From Phycisphaerae bacterium (GTDB lineage Bacteria > Planctomycetota > Phycisphaerae > JAAYCJ01), in assembly GCA_012729815.1 (NCBI GenBank), contig JAAYCJ010000014.1:1043-65042 (forward strand): a stretch of 64,000 nt of DNA. Direction: 5' to 3'. Of the stretch, positions 36,701-45,831 are shown piece after piece (position 1 is the first letter of the stretch; the number at the start of each line of letters is the position of its first letter). A model generated the notes under the pieces. The model was not told where the DNA came from. It saw only the letters and a list, made by a program, of their open reading frames with translations, and searched no databases. The position numbers and the translations under genes were made by a program.

Positions 36701-37075
36701 CGAAGCGGAGCCTTCTGCCACGCCACCGCCTACGACTATGCCGACCAGACCCCGCTCTGGACGACCGACTTTGGCCGCTACATCACCGGCTGCGCCATCC
36801 ATCAGCCGTCGCAACAGATCGCCGTCGGCACCGAACAGGGCCTGCTGGCCGCTTGCGACTGCGCCGGTCGGCGAACCTGGTTCCACTGGCTGCCCGCGCC
36901 GGTTACCGCCGTCGCCGCCGACCGCGATGGCTGGCTCGTCGGCTGCGACCGGCAGGTGATCCACGTCGATGCCCAAGGCCGGTGCTCTGCCCCGCTCGAA
37001 AAACAACTCCTCCTGGCGGCCGGGAACGCAGCCTTCGTGCAAACCCCTCGCGGTCTCGAGCGATGGGAGTTCTGA
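33740..37075 (+). CDS. Large hypothetical protein (1111 aa) with C-terminal PQQ-like beta-propeller repeats
   Basis: Composition is natural; the antisense ORFs are GC artefacts. C-terminal repeats (AVCDRSVAIAAADGTIALFDADGRRQWQ; AIEAWDLRGELRWRQHFG; LWTTDFGRYITGCAI) resemble PQQ/BamB blades. The N-terminal ~700 aa are unassigned. Confidence 0.6.
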   Translation: MPMSLDRLPALDPAIDLREALIVENGLTSDALAKLTDVVRRVTGGAPATTPLTPDRIAETLTTRHLIVPGCLNTSPIVEHFYFREQAFHDRLHPGPGGLVIRTLVAPTAARNVLFLGASDPAGQVAAIERLAQLIDRHGPVLPALHETQRTTVRPDRDPDQYPLAWLFEPLDGDRHRFTVNRFSQAALRYLYTADQDDGQRLIEIAQEMSRRDEPTDLRLGTIRQSDHYFSHRMVVYWQLVEPLPLFAEPLRQAVVEALFDHHHSSESAASLDRFRQQIGLPPDRHVMLTALNAWVEAEYFSRRLPDRGDWRTVIDVVTRYFESIWQMSKGGSGLIEGYASYLTVALEAALLMGRPDVIRQPPLRTWCQRLFGVIGNMGVMMPSQQTDPHRWASDALKIAAYFFDDGRFEYLCRTRVRAARLGVITDSDWPPSRLFPGPDPVLPAEYRDLKVMPLDEVFRKHYAPHADPDRAFDMIVGRGGFNFDDEYFIVQSVRSGFKYTPNVGALTGYQRHGYQLLADLSNGICPVHGQIRNVNTLGVIRDGAGCPVPTAAEIVDDRTLDGDRQITLRLPDYNGTDWYRTLHWRRGQFLLVRDLLHAKQAGQFRVTNYWNLTGAPVAAGFAAIFRHNGFNRDTVFFHAQCAGHDRAVPQFLQPIEPKGLWPSGAMSSLSPLGLPEGEARPCCLELDSLVSLAEGQMWSACTLFHATVENAVPQYRLQSASPDEARVNGETIRFAATPPNQGPGTTFAAAAEHGSSYRPHVAQTYPVAQPPDLLAWSSPILATATRDTIRVFADDRDQPSDIHLDSNVTALAVCDRSVAIAAADGTIALFDADGRRQWQRHLTILDQIKPYSWWVWQTPLATSLHLGPVGPDGETLLVAGSASCAIEAWDLRGELRWRQHFGWGSVALIQPAPDHPRAARGLLVGLRGLSCRGDADLIDSSGKTVATFQKAHPDETVRAGAEGWDITDAVFAEPFELEGRRCLLVGRSGAFCHATAYDYADQTPLWTTDFGRYITGCAIHQPSQQIAVGTEQGLLAACDCAGRRTWFHWLPAPVTAVAADRDGWLVGCDRQVIHVDAQGRCSAPLEKQLLLAAGNAAFVQTPRGLERWEF

Positions 37076-37174
37076 TCCACGACCAGCCGGCCGCCTACGC
37101 CGAATTTCAGTGTCGCCGGCCCCCGCCACCGTCCGATAAGAACACTGGTGGTACAGTCTCAATGCGGATAATCG

Positions 37175-38767
37175 ATGGCAGGTTCCTCCAGGAAAATCAA
37201 GGATCTCGATAGCCTTCTGGCGGCTTTGCGCATCGACCGCGAGGCCGGCAAGACTGTCGTCCAATGCCACGGCTGCTTCGACATCGTCCACCCCGGTCAC
37301 ATCCGCTACCTCGAATTCGCCAAACGACAAGGCGACGTCCTGGTGGTCAGCCTCACCGCCGACTCCGCCTTCACCAAGAACGACGGCCGACCCTGCATCC
37401 CCGACGCCCTCCGGGCTGAGAACCTCGCCGCCCTCGAGTGCGTCGACTACGTGGTCATTGACCCTCACCCGACCGCCAAGGAAATCCTAAGTCAAATCAA
37501 GCCGGACGCTTACGTCAAAGGCCGCGAGTACGAACAGCGGGCCGACCCCCGCTTCCTCGAAGAAAAGCAGGTCGTCGAAAGCTACGGCGGCAAGACCATC
37601 TACTCCAGCGGCGAAGTTGTCTTCTCCTCCACCGCCCTCAAGCTCGCCCACGGCGACTCCATTGATATTGCTGACCAAAAGTTAGAATTATACTGCAAGC
37701 GATATCAGATCAACCGCCGCACCGCCGAGCAGGCCCTCCGCCAGGCCCTCGGCCTGAAGGTTCTGGTCGTCGGCGATCTGGTCGTCGACCGCTACGTCTT
37801 CTGCGACGCCTCCGACGTGGCCAGCGAGGCTCCCGTGATCTCCCTGGCCCAACTCGATCAGCAGGAGTACCTCGGCGGCTCAGCCATCATCGCCCAGCAC
37901 ATCAAATCCCTCGGCGGCGAGCCGTTCCTGATCTCCTCGATCGGACGCGACCTGGCCAGCTACATGGTGCTCGAAGAACTCGACCGACAGGAAATCGAGC
38001 ACTTCATGATCCACAACCGAAGCCGACCGGTCAGCAAGACCCGCTATCTCGTCGAAGAACAGAAAATCGTCAAGGTCGACGACCACCTCGTTCAGCCGAC
38101 CGACACCCAACTCGAAAAACGCATCCTCGACCAGGTCGCCCAACGGGCCGACGAGTTCCAAGCCGTCATCTTCTGCGATTTCGGCTACGGCTTGCTCACC
38201 GCCGGCCTCATCGAAAAACTCACCGCCATGCTCCGCGACCGCGTCGGCTGGATCTCAGCCGACGTCAGCGGAACCCGCGGCAAACTCATGGCCTTCCGCA
38301 ACGTCGATCTGCTGACTCCCACCGAACGCGAAATCCGCGCCGCCATGCACGACTTCGAGCAGGGCCTCTCGCCCCTGGCCCACATGCTCCTGACCCGCAC
38401 CGACAGCCGAAACCTCTTCGTCACCCTCGGCCGCAAGGGACTCGTCATCTTCGACGGCGCCAACCGCACCAGGGACGGCCGGCCCAACCCCGATGCCCGC
38501 CTCCGCAGCGAACATATTCCCACCCTCGCCGCCAGCATCCTCGACCGTCTCGGCTGCGGCGATGCCCTGCTGGCCACGTCCACCATGGTCCTGGCCGCCG
38601 GCGGCACCCTCGAAATGGCCGGCTACCTCGGTTCCCTTGCCGCCGCCATCGAACTTGGCCGACTCGGCAACGTCCCCGTCAGCTACGAAATGATGATGCA
38701 CGCCCTCGACGCCCAGGCCGAACTCCGCTACCTCCGCCAACCGCCCGCCCGCGCCGCCGGGGCCTAG
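37175..38767 (+). CDS. hldE: Bifunctional heptose-7-phosphate kinase / heptose-1-phosphate adenylyltransferase (HldE/RfaE-like) with reversed domain order
   Basis: The N-terminal cytidylyltransferase-like domain (VVQCHGCFDIVHPGHIRYLEFAKRQGDVLVVSL) matches RfaE domain II. The C-terminal PfkB kinase (VLVVGDLVVDRYVFCDASDVASEAPVISL ... GCGDALLA) matches RfaE domain I. Confidence 0.65.
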   Translation: MAGSSRKIKDLDSLLAALRIDREAGKTVVQCHGCFDIVHPGHIRYLEFAKRQGDVLVVSLTADSAFTKNDGRPCIPDALRAENLAALECVDYVVIDPHPTAKEILSQIKPDAYVKGREYEQRADPRFLEEKQVVESYGGKTIYSSGEVVFSSTALKLAHGDSIDIADQKLELYCKRYQINRRTAEQALRQALGLKVLVVGDLVVDRYVFCDASDVASEAPVISLAQLDQQEYLGGSAIIAQHIKSLGGEPFLISSIGRDLASYMVLEELDRQEIEHFMIHNRSRPVSKTRYLVEEQKIVKVDDHLVQPTDTQLEKRILDQVAQRADEFQAVIFCDFGYGLLTAGLIEKLTAMLRDRVGWISADVSGTRGKLMAFRNVDLLTPTEREIRAAMHDFEQGLSPLAHMLLTRTDSRNLFVTLGRKGLVIFDGANRTRDGRPNPDARLRSEHIPTLAASILDRLGCGDALLATSTMVLAAGGTLEMAGYLGSLAAAIELGRLGNVPVSYEMMMHALDAQAELRYLRQPPARAAGA

Positions 38768-38788
38768 CGCTCCAACTCCGCGCAGAAC

Positions 38789-38815
38789 GACGCCCGCCAA
38801 AACTCGACGGGCGTC
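38789..38815. terminator. Perfect 8-bp GC hairpin between convergent genes (possible bidirectional terminator, no U-tract)
   Basis: GACGCCCG (11-nt loop) CGGGCGTC lies between the HldE-like stop and the PEP-CTERM gene stop. Confidence 0.3.
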
Positions 38816-38838
38816 AAATCCTCATGTCGCTCAAATGG

Positions 38839-39585
38839 CTACAGCCGCCGGCGGATCCATCCGACCGCGCCCAACCCGATCATCGCCAGCACGACTGCTC
38901 CGGGCGCCGGCACCGGGAGCGGCGCCGCCAGGATCATGTACCCTTCGCCAAACTGGTCGTTGTTCTCGCTGCTCCTGGCTGTGATCGCCGGAATCGCAAA
39001 GCCGCTGATCCAGAACCCCAACTCGAACCCTTCGCCGGGGTCCACGTTGTTGCCGAACTCAATCGCCAGCGCCGCAAAGTCGATCGTGTCGTTGCCGTCC
39101 TGCCCCAGCACGTGAAGCGAGGCGTCTACCGTTACGTCGCCGTACGGCGTGAACATGATCTCCGCCGCACCCGTGCCGCCCGGCACCACCGGATCGATCA
39201 CGTCGGCAATGGAAATCGGCAGGTTGCCGTTGTTGATTCCCCAGAACTCACCTGGAACCAGCAGCATCGCGAACCCGTGCCACGGCAACGTGCTCTCGTT
39301 GTACGCGCTGAAGTAGGTCAGCACCGGCGGCTCGTAAGGCGGGTATTCGTACGTCCACATGAACAACTCGATCTCCCGGTACCACGCTGCCGCGTCCAGC
39401 GTCCCGGGTCCGCTGTCGATAGGCGTGTGCGAGAACTCCGCATAGACGTCCACCTCCCCGGCGCCCGGCGGTGTCGAGTCCAGCGTCCCGTTGTGCTGGA
39501 CAATCGTGTGGATCACAGCCTGGGCCGGCAACGCGGCCGCCGCCGCGCATACAATTCCCCACAGCAGGACACGTACAGCTTTCAT
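38839..39585 (-). CDS. Secreted PEP-CTERM domain protein
   Basis: Start re-called to MKAVRVLLWGIVCAAAAALPAQA (signal peptide), which has a GGGAGGAG RBS. The C-terminus PLPVPAPGAVVLAMIGLGAVGWIRRRL is a PEP-CTERM sorting signal in its VPAP variant. Confidence 0.75.
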   Translation of the reverse strand: MKAVRVLLWGIVCAAAAALPAQAVIHTIVQHNGTLDSTPPGAGEVDVYAEFSHTPIDSGPGTLDAAAWYREIELFMWTYEYPPYEPPVLTYFSAYNESTLPWHGFAMLLVPGEFWGINNGNLPISIADVIDPVVPGGTGAAEIMFTPYGDVTVDASLHVLGQDGNDTIDFAALAIEFGNNVDPGEGFELGFWISGFAIPAITARSSENNDQFGEGYMILAAPLPVPAPGAVVLAMIGLGAVGWIRRRL

Positions 39586-39644
39586 GGTCTCCTCCCTTCG
39601 AAATGGCTGTGCAACGCAAACCCCGATCCCCGCCAACGGCCCAT

Positions 39645-39673
39645 ATAATAAACCGAGAGGTACGCTGTGTCAA
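39645..39673 (-). promoter_or_regulatory. Near-consensus sigma70-type promoter (TTGACA, 17-nt spacer, TATTAT) for the PEP-CTERM gene
   Basis: On the minus strand the hexamers put the start site about 50 nt upstream of the ATG. The listed TTG start at 39636 lies inside this promoter/UTR. Confidence 0.5.
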
Positions 39674-39954
39674 CAGCAAACCCGCCAGAAAACGCACCGT
39701 CGCGCTCGTGAATCGCTCCACCACGCCCCCGGCCGCCGCCGTCACGAACAATCCGCCATGACGCCCACCGGGTTATGAACGGACAAGAAAGAAAGGGGAC
39801 ATTCTACTTTTCCGGAGTCGCCATCCCATCTGGCGCCCGGTGAGCCAATGCACGGCCAGCACTTCACAACCGATGGCTCGCCGCAGGCGAGTGTCACGCG
39901 CCGTTCCCTTCGAGTACCCGCCGCCTCGATACAGCGTTGTCCGCCCCAGTGGTC

Positions 39955-40110
39955 GGCCGCAACCCAAGCCGCCGGACCAAGCCCCTTCTTGCCTTCCATC
40001 CAATTCTCGCCCCACGCCGCATCCACCTGGATCGGCACGTCCACCGCGATCGCCTTCGGCATCAGGTCGCTGACCTCGGCCTCCATCCACTCGATCCCCG
40101 CCTTCGGCCC
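39955..40110. repeat. Diverged duplicate (~150 bp, ~80-85% identity) of the polA 3' coding end plus its 3' flank
   Basis: 39958-40110 aligns with 42919-43070 (ccgcaac..caagcccct(a/t)cttgccttccatcca(g/a)ttctc..cccacgccgc(g/a)tccacc..gatcggcacgtccacc...). The embedded peptide AIAVDVPIQVDAAWGENWMEGK matches the polA C-terminus AIKVDVPIKVDAAWGENWMEGK. Confidence 0.75.
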
Positions 40111-40533
40111 AGCCGGACTCCGGGCCGAACAGGCATCGTACCTCGCCGCCACCAGCACGCACCGCTCAGCGCCGGCCGACTCGCCCCAGACCGCCCCGGG
40201 TGCCAGCCACAACACGCCGATCACCAGCCCGTACGCCATCCGCATTGCACACCACCTCCGCGTCTGCCACCTTCAGCGGGCAGGCGTCTCCCGCTCCTGA
40301 AAACTGCGAAATCCCCAACCACTATCAAACGTGAAATAAGACTATACCGGCTAACCCCTGGCTGAAGATGCAAAGCTGCTGCTGGACCGACAACAACCAC
40401 ACCATGAATCATAAAAACGACACATAACGCAACTGAAAACCCCTGGCTCCGACGAGCAGAGAACGCAAACACCTTAAACAACCGAAGGCGAACGCCCTGC
40501 GAAACCACCAGTTGTCTCCGTGACGCCGATGGT

Positions 40534-42579
40534 CTACCGCAGCGTCGTCTCGACGTCGAACGGCGGGCTTGGCTCGCAGTCGTTCCACCGGATGGTGCCA
40601 TCCCCCCACGGCCGCGTCTCACCACGAATTGTCCAATTCGTGGCATCGAAAACGAGGTCGGGGAGATCCACCCCCCCACCAAGTCTTCGCTTGGTTTTCG
40701 TGACCTCGCCCGTATGCTTATCGACCTTGGTTTCAGTGTACTCCAAGCTGGTGGTGTCCTGAAAGTTAAGCCAGCCCGAACCTGTTTCCCCGTCGGCAAG
40801 CCCGCCGAATGTGTGAAGGGGATCGCGAGTGATATTCTGGGAATCGCCGCCTTCGTACGTGATGAGAACTTCATCATCCTCATACTTGCCCTTGACCTGC
40901 CAGGTGACGATCGTGGCGCTTTCATCGAGAAATAGCTCGGCCGCTCCGACTCGCTCTTGTCGGAGATACGCGAAAACGGGGTCATGCCACGGAACCATGC
41001 AGCGGACGTAGGCCAGGTACGTGATGGTGTACCCGCCGTCCCCCATGGGGCCGGTAATCACGAACGACGGTTTCCACGCCAGCACGGTGCGACTCGGACC
41101 GCGCCGACCGTCGGGCAGCACCCCGTACATCTCACCAAACGCGCCCGCCGGCATATTGAACGACCAGCCCTCGATCAGCGATGGAAGCGGCACGTGCGGT
41201 CTGCCGGCGGTCGGATGCACGTCGTACGCGCCGATGTTCCCGACGGCCCCTCCGATATGCACCTCGCAATTGTCTTCCAGCAGGCCGTCGACGTACATCC
41301 GGCTGTCGGGGGCAATCCACAATTCGTGGATGTCCGGAACCAGGGCCAGTGTGCTTATCGCGATGTCTGGGTCTTCTTGAAAGAACAGAGTACAGGACTG
41401 CTTCTTGTCCTGGTACGTGCGCATCCTTCCCAGATCGAGAACGTTCCACGCCCAACCGGTGTCCACGGCCCCTCCCGGAGGGACTCTTTTCTTCAGACAC
41501 ACGAACTCGCCCAGCGAGTACTCCAGATTGCTCCCGGTCAGCTCCTGCAGCAGGGTCAGCCCGGCCCGCGCCGCGACAGTCCAAGGCGGCGAACCGACCC
41601 ATCCTATCACATATTCCCCTTTGCATTTCTCATGCAGCAGATTAGCCCACGGGCCTTCTGCATCTGTGTACCCGACAGTGAAAACCGGCGAGCATAGCGA
41701 GTACAGGAATGTCCTGTCCGGAAAATCGCCGGTGGCGTAGTGACGCACGAAGTCGGGTGAAACCGTGAAGTAGTCCCGCCAGACCGGTTTCTTGCCCGCG
41801 ACCTTGCTGATCACCGAGGCCAACGCGAGGCGCTTTTCCAGCAGGTCCTTGGCGTAGGGCCGCAACGATTCGGCGTCGGTGGGCACCGGCGTGGTTGTCG
41901 TCACCCACTTTGTCCCGTTCGGCGTCGTGATCAGGATGATCACCCCGTACTGCGTGAGGCTCTTGAAGAGCTCGACCGTCGCCTCCTTCGGCTTGACGTC
42001 ATACCCGCGGTCCTTGAGCATCTTCTCGAACAGATCCCGGACCTCCTCGCCATAAATCGGGTCAACCACCGTGCTGCTTGTCGCGATCAGGGCCTTGTTG
42101 CTGGCGGGAAACCAAACGCGACTCTCCTGAAAGAGGCGGCCGCCGGTGACGTCATCAACCTCCGCAACCTTGGCCGATGCCTTCGGAACGACCGTCTCCT
42201 CAACAGTCTCGTCGGGAATGGCCAGTTGTTCCGCCTCGTCGATCACCACGAACGCGTGGTTCATCCCCGACTTGAACACCGTCTCAACCCGCCGCCCGTC
42301 GGCATCGAGGGCGGCGCTTTCCACCCGCGGCTCGACCGCCAGCGACTCGACCAGCGACTGCAAAACCGTCTCGACCGCCTCCCCGTCCTCGATCATCGCC
42401 GTCAGCCGCTCTCCCTGGCTGCGAATCACCGACAGGTCCGTTACCACCTTCTCAGCCGCCTCGGCGTTCGGATCCCCGGGTGGATCATCGCCTATGCCGT
42501 CGCACCCAGACCCGATGACCAACCCGCACCCGACTGCCAATGCCACCACCCGTGGGATAAACGTGTTCTGGAAAAACAT
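40534..42579 (-). CDS. Hypothetical lipoprotein (681 aa)
   Basis: Signal peptide with lipobox (LAVGC). Composition is natural (D/E/T/V-rich). No family recognised. It is flanked by the polA-end duplicate on one side and polA on the other. Confidence 0.65.
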   Translation of the reverse strand: MFFQNTFIPRVVALAVGCGLVIGSGCDGIGDDPPGDPNAEAAEKVVTDLSVIRSQGERLTAMIEDGEAVETVLQSLVESLAVEPRVESAALDADGRRVETVFKSGMNHAFVVIDEAEQLAIPDETVEETVVPKASAKVAEVDDVTGGRLFQESRVWFPASNKALIATSSTVVDPIYGEEVRDLFEKMLKDRGYDVKPKEATVELFKSLTQYGVIILITTPNGTKWVTTTTPVPTDAESLRPYAKDLLEKRLALASVISKVAGKKPVWRDYFTVSPDFVRHYATGDFPDRTFLYSLCSPVFTVGYTDAEGPWANLLHEKCKGEYVIGWVGSPPWTVAARAGLTLLQELTGSNLEYSLGEFVCLKKRVPPGGAVDTGWAWNVLDLGRMRTYQDKKQSCTLFFQEDPDIAISTLALVPDIHELWIAPDSRMYVDGLLEDNCEVHIGGAVGNIGAYDVHPTAGRPHVPLPSLIEGWSFNMPAGAFGEMYGVLPDGRRGPSRTVLAWKPSFVITGPMGDGGYTITYLAYVRCMVPWHDPVFAYLRQERVGAAELFLDESATIVTWQVKGKYEDDEVLITYEGGDSQNITRDPLHTFGGLADGETGSGWLNFQDTTSLEYTETKVDKHTGEVTKTKRRLGGGVDLPDLVFDATNWTIRGETRPWGDGTIRWNDCEPSPPFDVETTLR

Positions 42580-42945
42580 ACGCTCACCCTCGAAAAGGCG
42601 TTACTGCATATCGAGAAGAGACCCGCACCTCTACGCGTTGACCGCCCTTTCGTCTGTAAAGTTAGACCTTGCAGTGGTTCAAGAATCAGCCAACGCAACT
42701 CTATTATAGGGCAAAATGAATCGTTACGCAAGCACGAATCGCCGCACTCCCGAACCGCCCGCTATGGACCTGGCAGAGCGATCTGGACACCCAGAGATAT
42801 GCCTCTACTCCGGCTTGCGTTCTCGGTAGGCCCGCTGGTTCTCGCCGACGGCAAAGCTCCTCGTCACTCTCCCGGCCGTCCCCGTCGAAGGGGATACTGT
42901 CTGCCGCTGACAGCCCACCGCAACGGCGGCCGCCGGGCCAAGCCC

Positions 42946-45654
42946 CTACTTGCCTTCCATCCAGTTCTCCCCCCACGCCGCGTCCACCTTGATCGGCACG
43001 TCCACCTTGATCGCGTTCTCCATCAGCTCGCTGACTTCGGCTGCAGTCCGTTCGATCCCGTCTCGTGGGGCCTCGAACACCAGCTCGTCGTGCACCTGCA
43101 CCAGCATCTCCGCCGGCAGTTGTCCCTTGTGCACCTTCTCGTGAATGTCGATCATCGCCACCTTGATCAAATCCGCCGCCGACCCTTGCACCACCGCGTT
43201 AAACGCCGTCCGCTCGCCGAAGTGCCGCAAACCCGGATTACGCGAATGCAGCTCCGGGATCGGCCGCCGCCGACCGAGGATCGTCATCGCGTACCCGCTG
43301 TCCTTGGCCTCGCGCACCACCTTTTCGCGCAACTCCCCAACCGTCGAATACGTCCGGAAATACGCGTCGATGAACTTCTGCGCCTCCGTCCGCGTCACGC
43401 CGATCGTCTGCGCCAGCCCGTGCGCCGTCTGGCCGTACATCAGCCCGAAATTCACCGTCTTGGCCACCCGCCGCTGCTCCGACGTCACCAGGTTAATGTC
43501 CACGCCGAATACCTGCGACGCCACAAACGAATGGATGTCCAGGTCCTCCCGAAACGCCTTGACCAAACTCGGGTCCTTGCTGAAGTGCGCCAACAGCCGA
43601 AGCTCGATCTGCGAATAGTCGCACGTCAACAGCACATTCCGCTGCGGGTCCGCCGGCACGAACGCCGCCCGGATCTGCTGCCCGAGCTCCGACCGGATCG
43701 GAATGTTCTGAAGGTTCGGCTCGCTCGAGCTCAGCCGGCCCGTCGCCGTCACCGTCTGATTGAACGACGCGTGAATCCGCCCCGTCCGCTCGCTGATCAT
43801 CTCCGGCAGCTTGTCGATGTACGTGTTCTTGAGCTTAATGAGCTGGCGATACTCCAGCACCATCTTCGGCACCGGATGCTTCCACGCCAGCGACTCCAGC
43901 ACGTCCCCGTCGGTGCTCCGGCCCGTCTTGGTCAGCCGGCCCACCGGCAGAGACAACGCATCGAACAGCACCTCCGCCAACTGCTTCGGCGAGTCGATGT
44001 TGAACGAACGGCCCACCTGCTGGTGAATCCGCCGCGTCAGATCCAGCAACTGATCGCCTAGCCGGTTCGACAGCTTCGCCAGCTTCTCCGTGTCGATCGT
44101 CACCCCCCGATATTCCATGTCCGCCAGCACCCGCACCAGCGGCATCTCCACCTCCTCGAACAGGTTCGACAGGTGGTTCTCCCGCAACGGCGGCCCGAGC
44201 CGCTCGCAAAGCCGCCACGCCACCCACGCGTCCTCAGCCGAGTACTCCGTCACCGCCTCCGTCGGCACCTGGTCCAGCGTGAGCTGATTCCGACCCTTGC
44301 CGATCAACTCCCCGATCTTGATCGTATCGTACCCCAGAAACTCCTTGGCCAGCAGATCCAGGTTGTGGCCCGCCCGCGACGGGTCCAGCAGGTAGCTCGC
44401 CACCATCGAGTCGAACGCCACGTTCGCCAGCTCGATCCCCGCGTTCCGCAGCACGATCAGATCGTACTTCAGATTCTGCCCCACCTTCCCGACCTTCGCA
44501 TCCTCCAGCAGCGCCTTGAGAATCGCCAGCGCCTTGTCCGCCTCCAGGTGCTGCCCGTCGACCGACCGCAGCGGCACGTAAAACGCCTCCCGATCGTCGG
44601 CACACAACGACACGCCTACCAGCCGCGACGCCATCGGGTCCGTCCCCGTCGTCTCCGTGTCCACGCTGAGACGCTTGCCCGCGCCAAACCGCCGGGCCAG
44701 CGTCTCCAACTCCTCCAGCGAACGAACCTGCCGGAACTGAGGCTTCTCGATCTGCGTATCGACCCGCGCCTGCTCGCGAAGCTCCTGGCTCGCCTCCTCC
44801 AGACCAAACTGCTGAATGAACCGCGTGAACCCCAACTCCGTCAGCAGTGTCGCCAGCCGACCCCGATCCGGTATCTCCGGCCGCCATTGCTCCGGCTCAA
44901 ACCGCAGCGGAACGTCCTTCCGCAGAGTCACCAGCCGCTGCGACAACCGAATCTTTTCCACGTTCCGCGGATCCGAAAAAAACTCCCTCACCTTCGGCGT
45001 CAACTTATCTTTATTTTCTATAACGCCATTCAGGCTCCCGTACTCCTGGATCAGCTTCGCCGCCGTCTTGGGGCCCACCCCAGGAACCCCGGGCACATTG
45101 TCCGTCGTATCCCCCATCAACGCCAGAAAATCGATGATCTGACCCGCGCTCACTCCTTTTTCGGTATCCAATACCTTAGTGTCAATCATCTTTTCTTTGG
45201 TGCTGTCATAGATGACGACATCCCCGTCCAGCAACTGCTGCAGGTCCTTGTCCTTCGAACAAATGACCGTCTTGATCCCCGCCGCCCGGGCCTGCTCAGC
45301 CAGCGTGGCGATCACGTCGTCAGCCTCGTAACCGGGCACCACAATCACCGGCACCCCCATCGCCTCCAGCACCTGGTGGCACCGCCGAATCTGCACCGCC
45401 ATATCCTCCGCCATCGGCGGACGGTTCGCCTTGTACTCCGGATAAAGCTCCGACCGGAACGTCTTGCCCGGCGGGTCAAATACCGCCACCAGGTAGTCCG
45501 GCTTATGCTCCCGCAGAATCTTCAGCAGCACCGACGTCACTCCATACGTTGCGTTGGTCGGCTCGCCCGACGCGCTCGACAGGTTCCGAATCGCAAAATA
45601 TGCGGCATAAAGATGCGAATGCCCGTCGACGATGTATAATTTCCGTTCGGTCAT
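42946..45654 (-). CDS. polA: DNA polymerase I
   Basis: N-terminal 5'-3' exonuclease (LYIVDGHSHLYAAYFA), 3'-5' exonuclease domain, and polymerase motifs (RRVAKTVNFGLMYG; QVHDELVFE). 902 aa. Confidence 0.95.
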   Translation of the reverse strand: MTERKLYIVDGHSHLYAAYFAIRNLSSASGEPTNATYGVTSVLLKILREHKPDYLVAVFDPPGKTFRSELYPEYKANRPPMAEDMAVQIRRCHQVLEAMGVPVIVVPGYEADDVIATLAEQARAAGIKTVICSKDKDLQQLLDGDVVIYDSTKEKMIDTKVLDTEKGVSAGQIIDFLALMGDTTDNVPGVPGVGPKTAAKLIQEYGSLNGVIENKDKLTPKVREFFSDPRNVEKIRLSQRLVTLRKDVPLRFEPEQWRPEIPDRGRLATLLTELGFTRFIQQFGLEEASQELREQARVDTQIEKPQFRQVRSLEELETLARRFGAGKRLSVDTETTGTDPMASRLVGVSLCADDREAFYVPLRSVDGQHLEADKALAILKALLEDAKVGKVGQNLKYDLIVLRNAGIELANVAFDSMVASYLLDPSRAGHNLDLLAKEFLGYDTIKIGELIGKGRNQLTLDQVPTEAVTEYSAEDAWVAWRLCERLGPPLRENHLSNLFEEVEMPLVRVLADMEYRGVTIDTEKLAKLSNRLGDQLLDLTRRIHQQVGRSFNIDSPKQLAEVLFDALSLPVGRLTKTGRSTDGDVLESLAWKHPVPKMVLEYRQLIKLKNTYIDKLPEMISERTGRIHASFNQTVTATGRLSSSEPNLQNIPIRSELGQQIRAAFVPADPQRNVLLTCDYSQIELRLLAHFSKDPSLVKAFREDLDIHSFVASQVFGVDINLVTSEQRRVAKTVNFGLMYGQTAHGLAQTIGVTRTEAQKFIDAYFRTYSTVGELREKVVREAKDSGYAMTILGRRRPIPELHSRNPGLRHFGERTAFNAVVQGSAADLIKVAMIDIHEKVHKGQLPAEMLVQVHDELVFEAPRDGIERTAAEVSELMENAIKVDVPIKVDAAWGENWMEGK

Positions 45655-45831
45655 GACTGGGTCGCCCGTTGATTACTGATGGAATGCTAATTGTGTTGAT
45701 TCTCGACAGCCCGGTCAACTTTTTTGTTGACTGAACCCGAGTTCCGTCTTAAGTTTAATTGTCGCATAGACTTGCTGTTGCATACCGCATGCTTTCCGGC
45801 GGCGTGAAACCGTAGTTTAGGAGCACTCGAC

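Noticed and set aside
39742-40245. 167-aa ORF with a signal-peptide-like N-terminus and a good RBS, taken as a real secreted protein
   Set aside because: Its central segment is a diverged copy of the polA C-terminus followed by translated former 3' UTR. It is W/C/R/G-rich like GC noise. It is most likely a chimeric ORF created by the duplication, though expression is not excluded.
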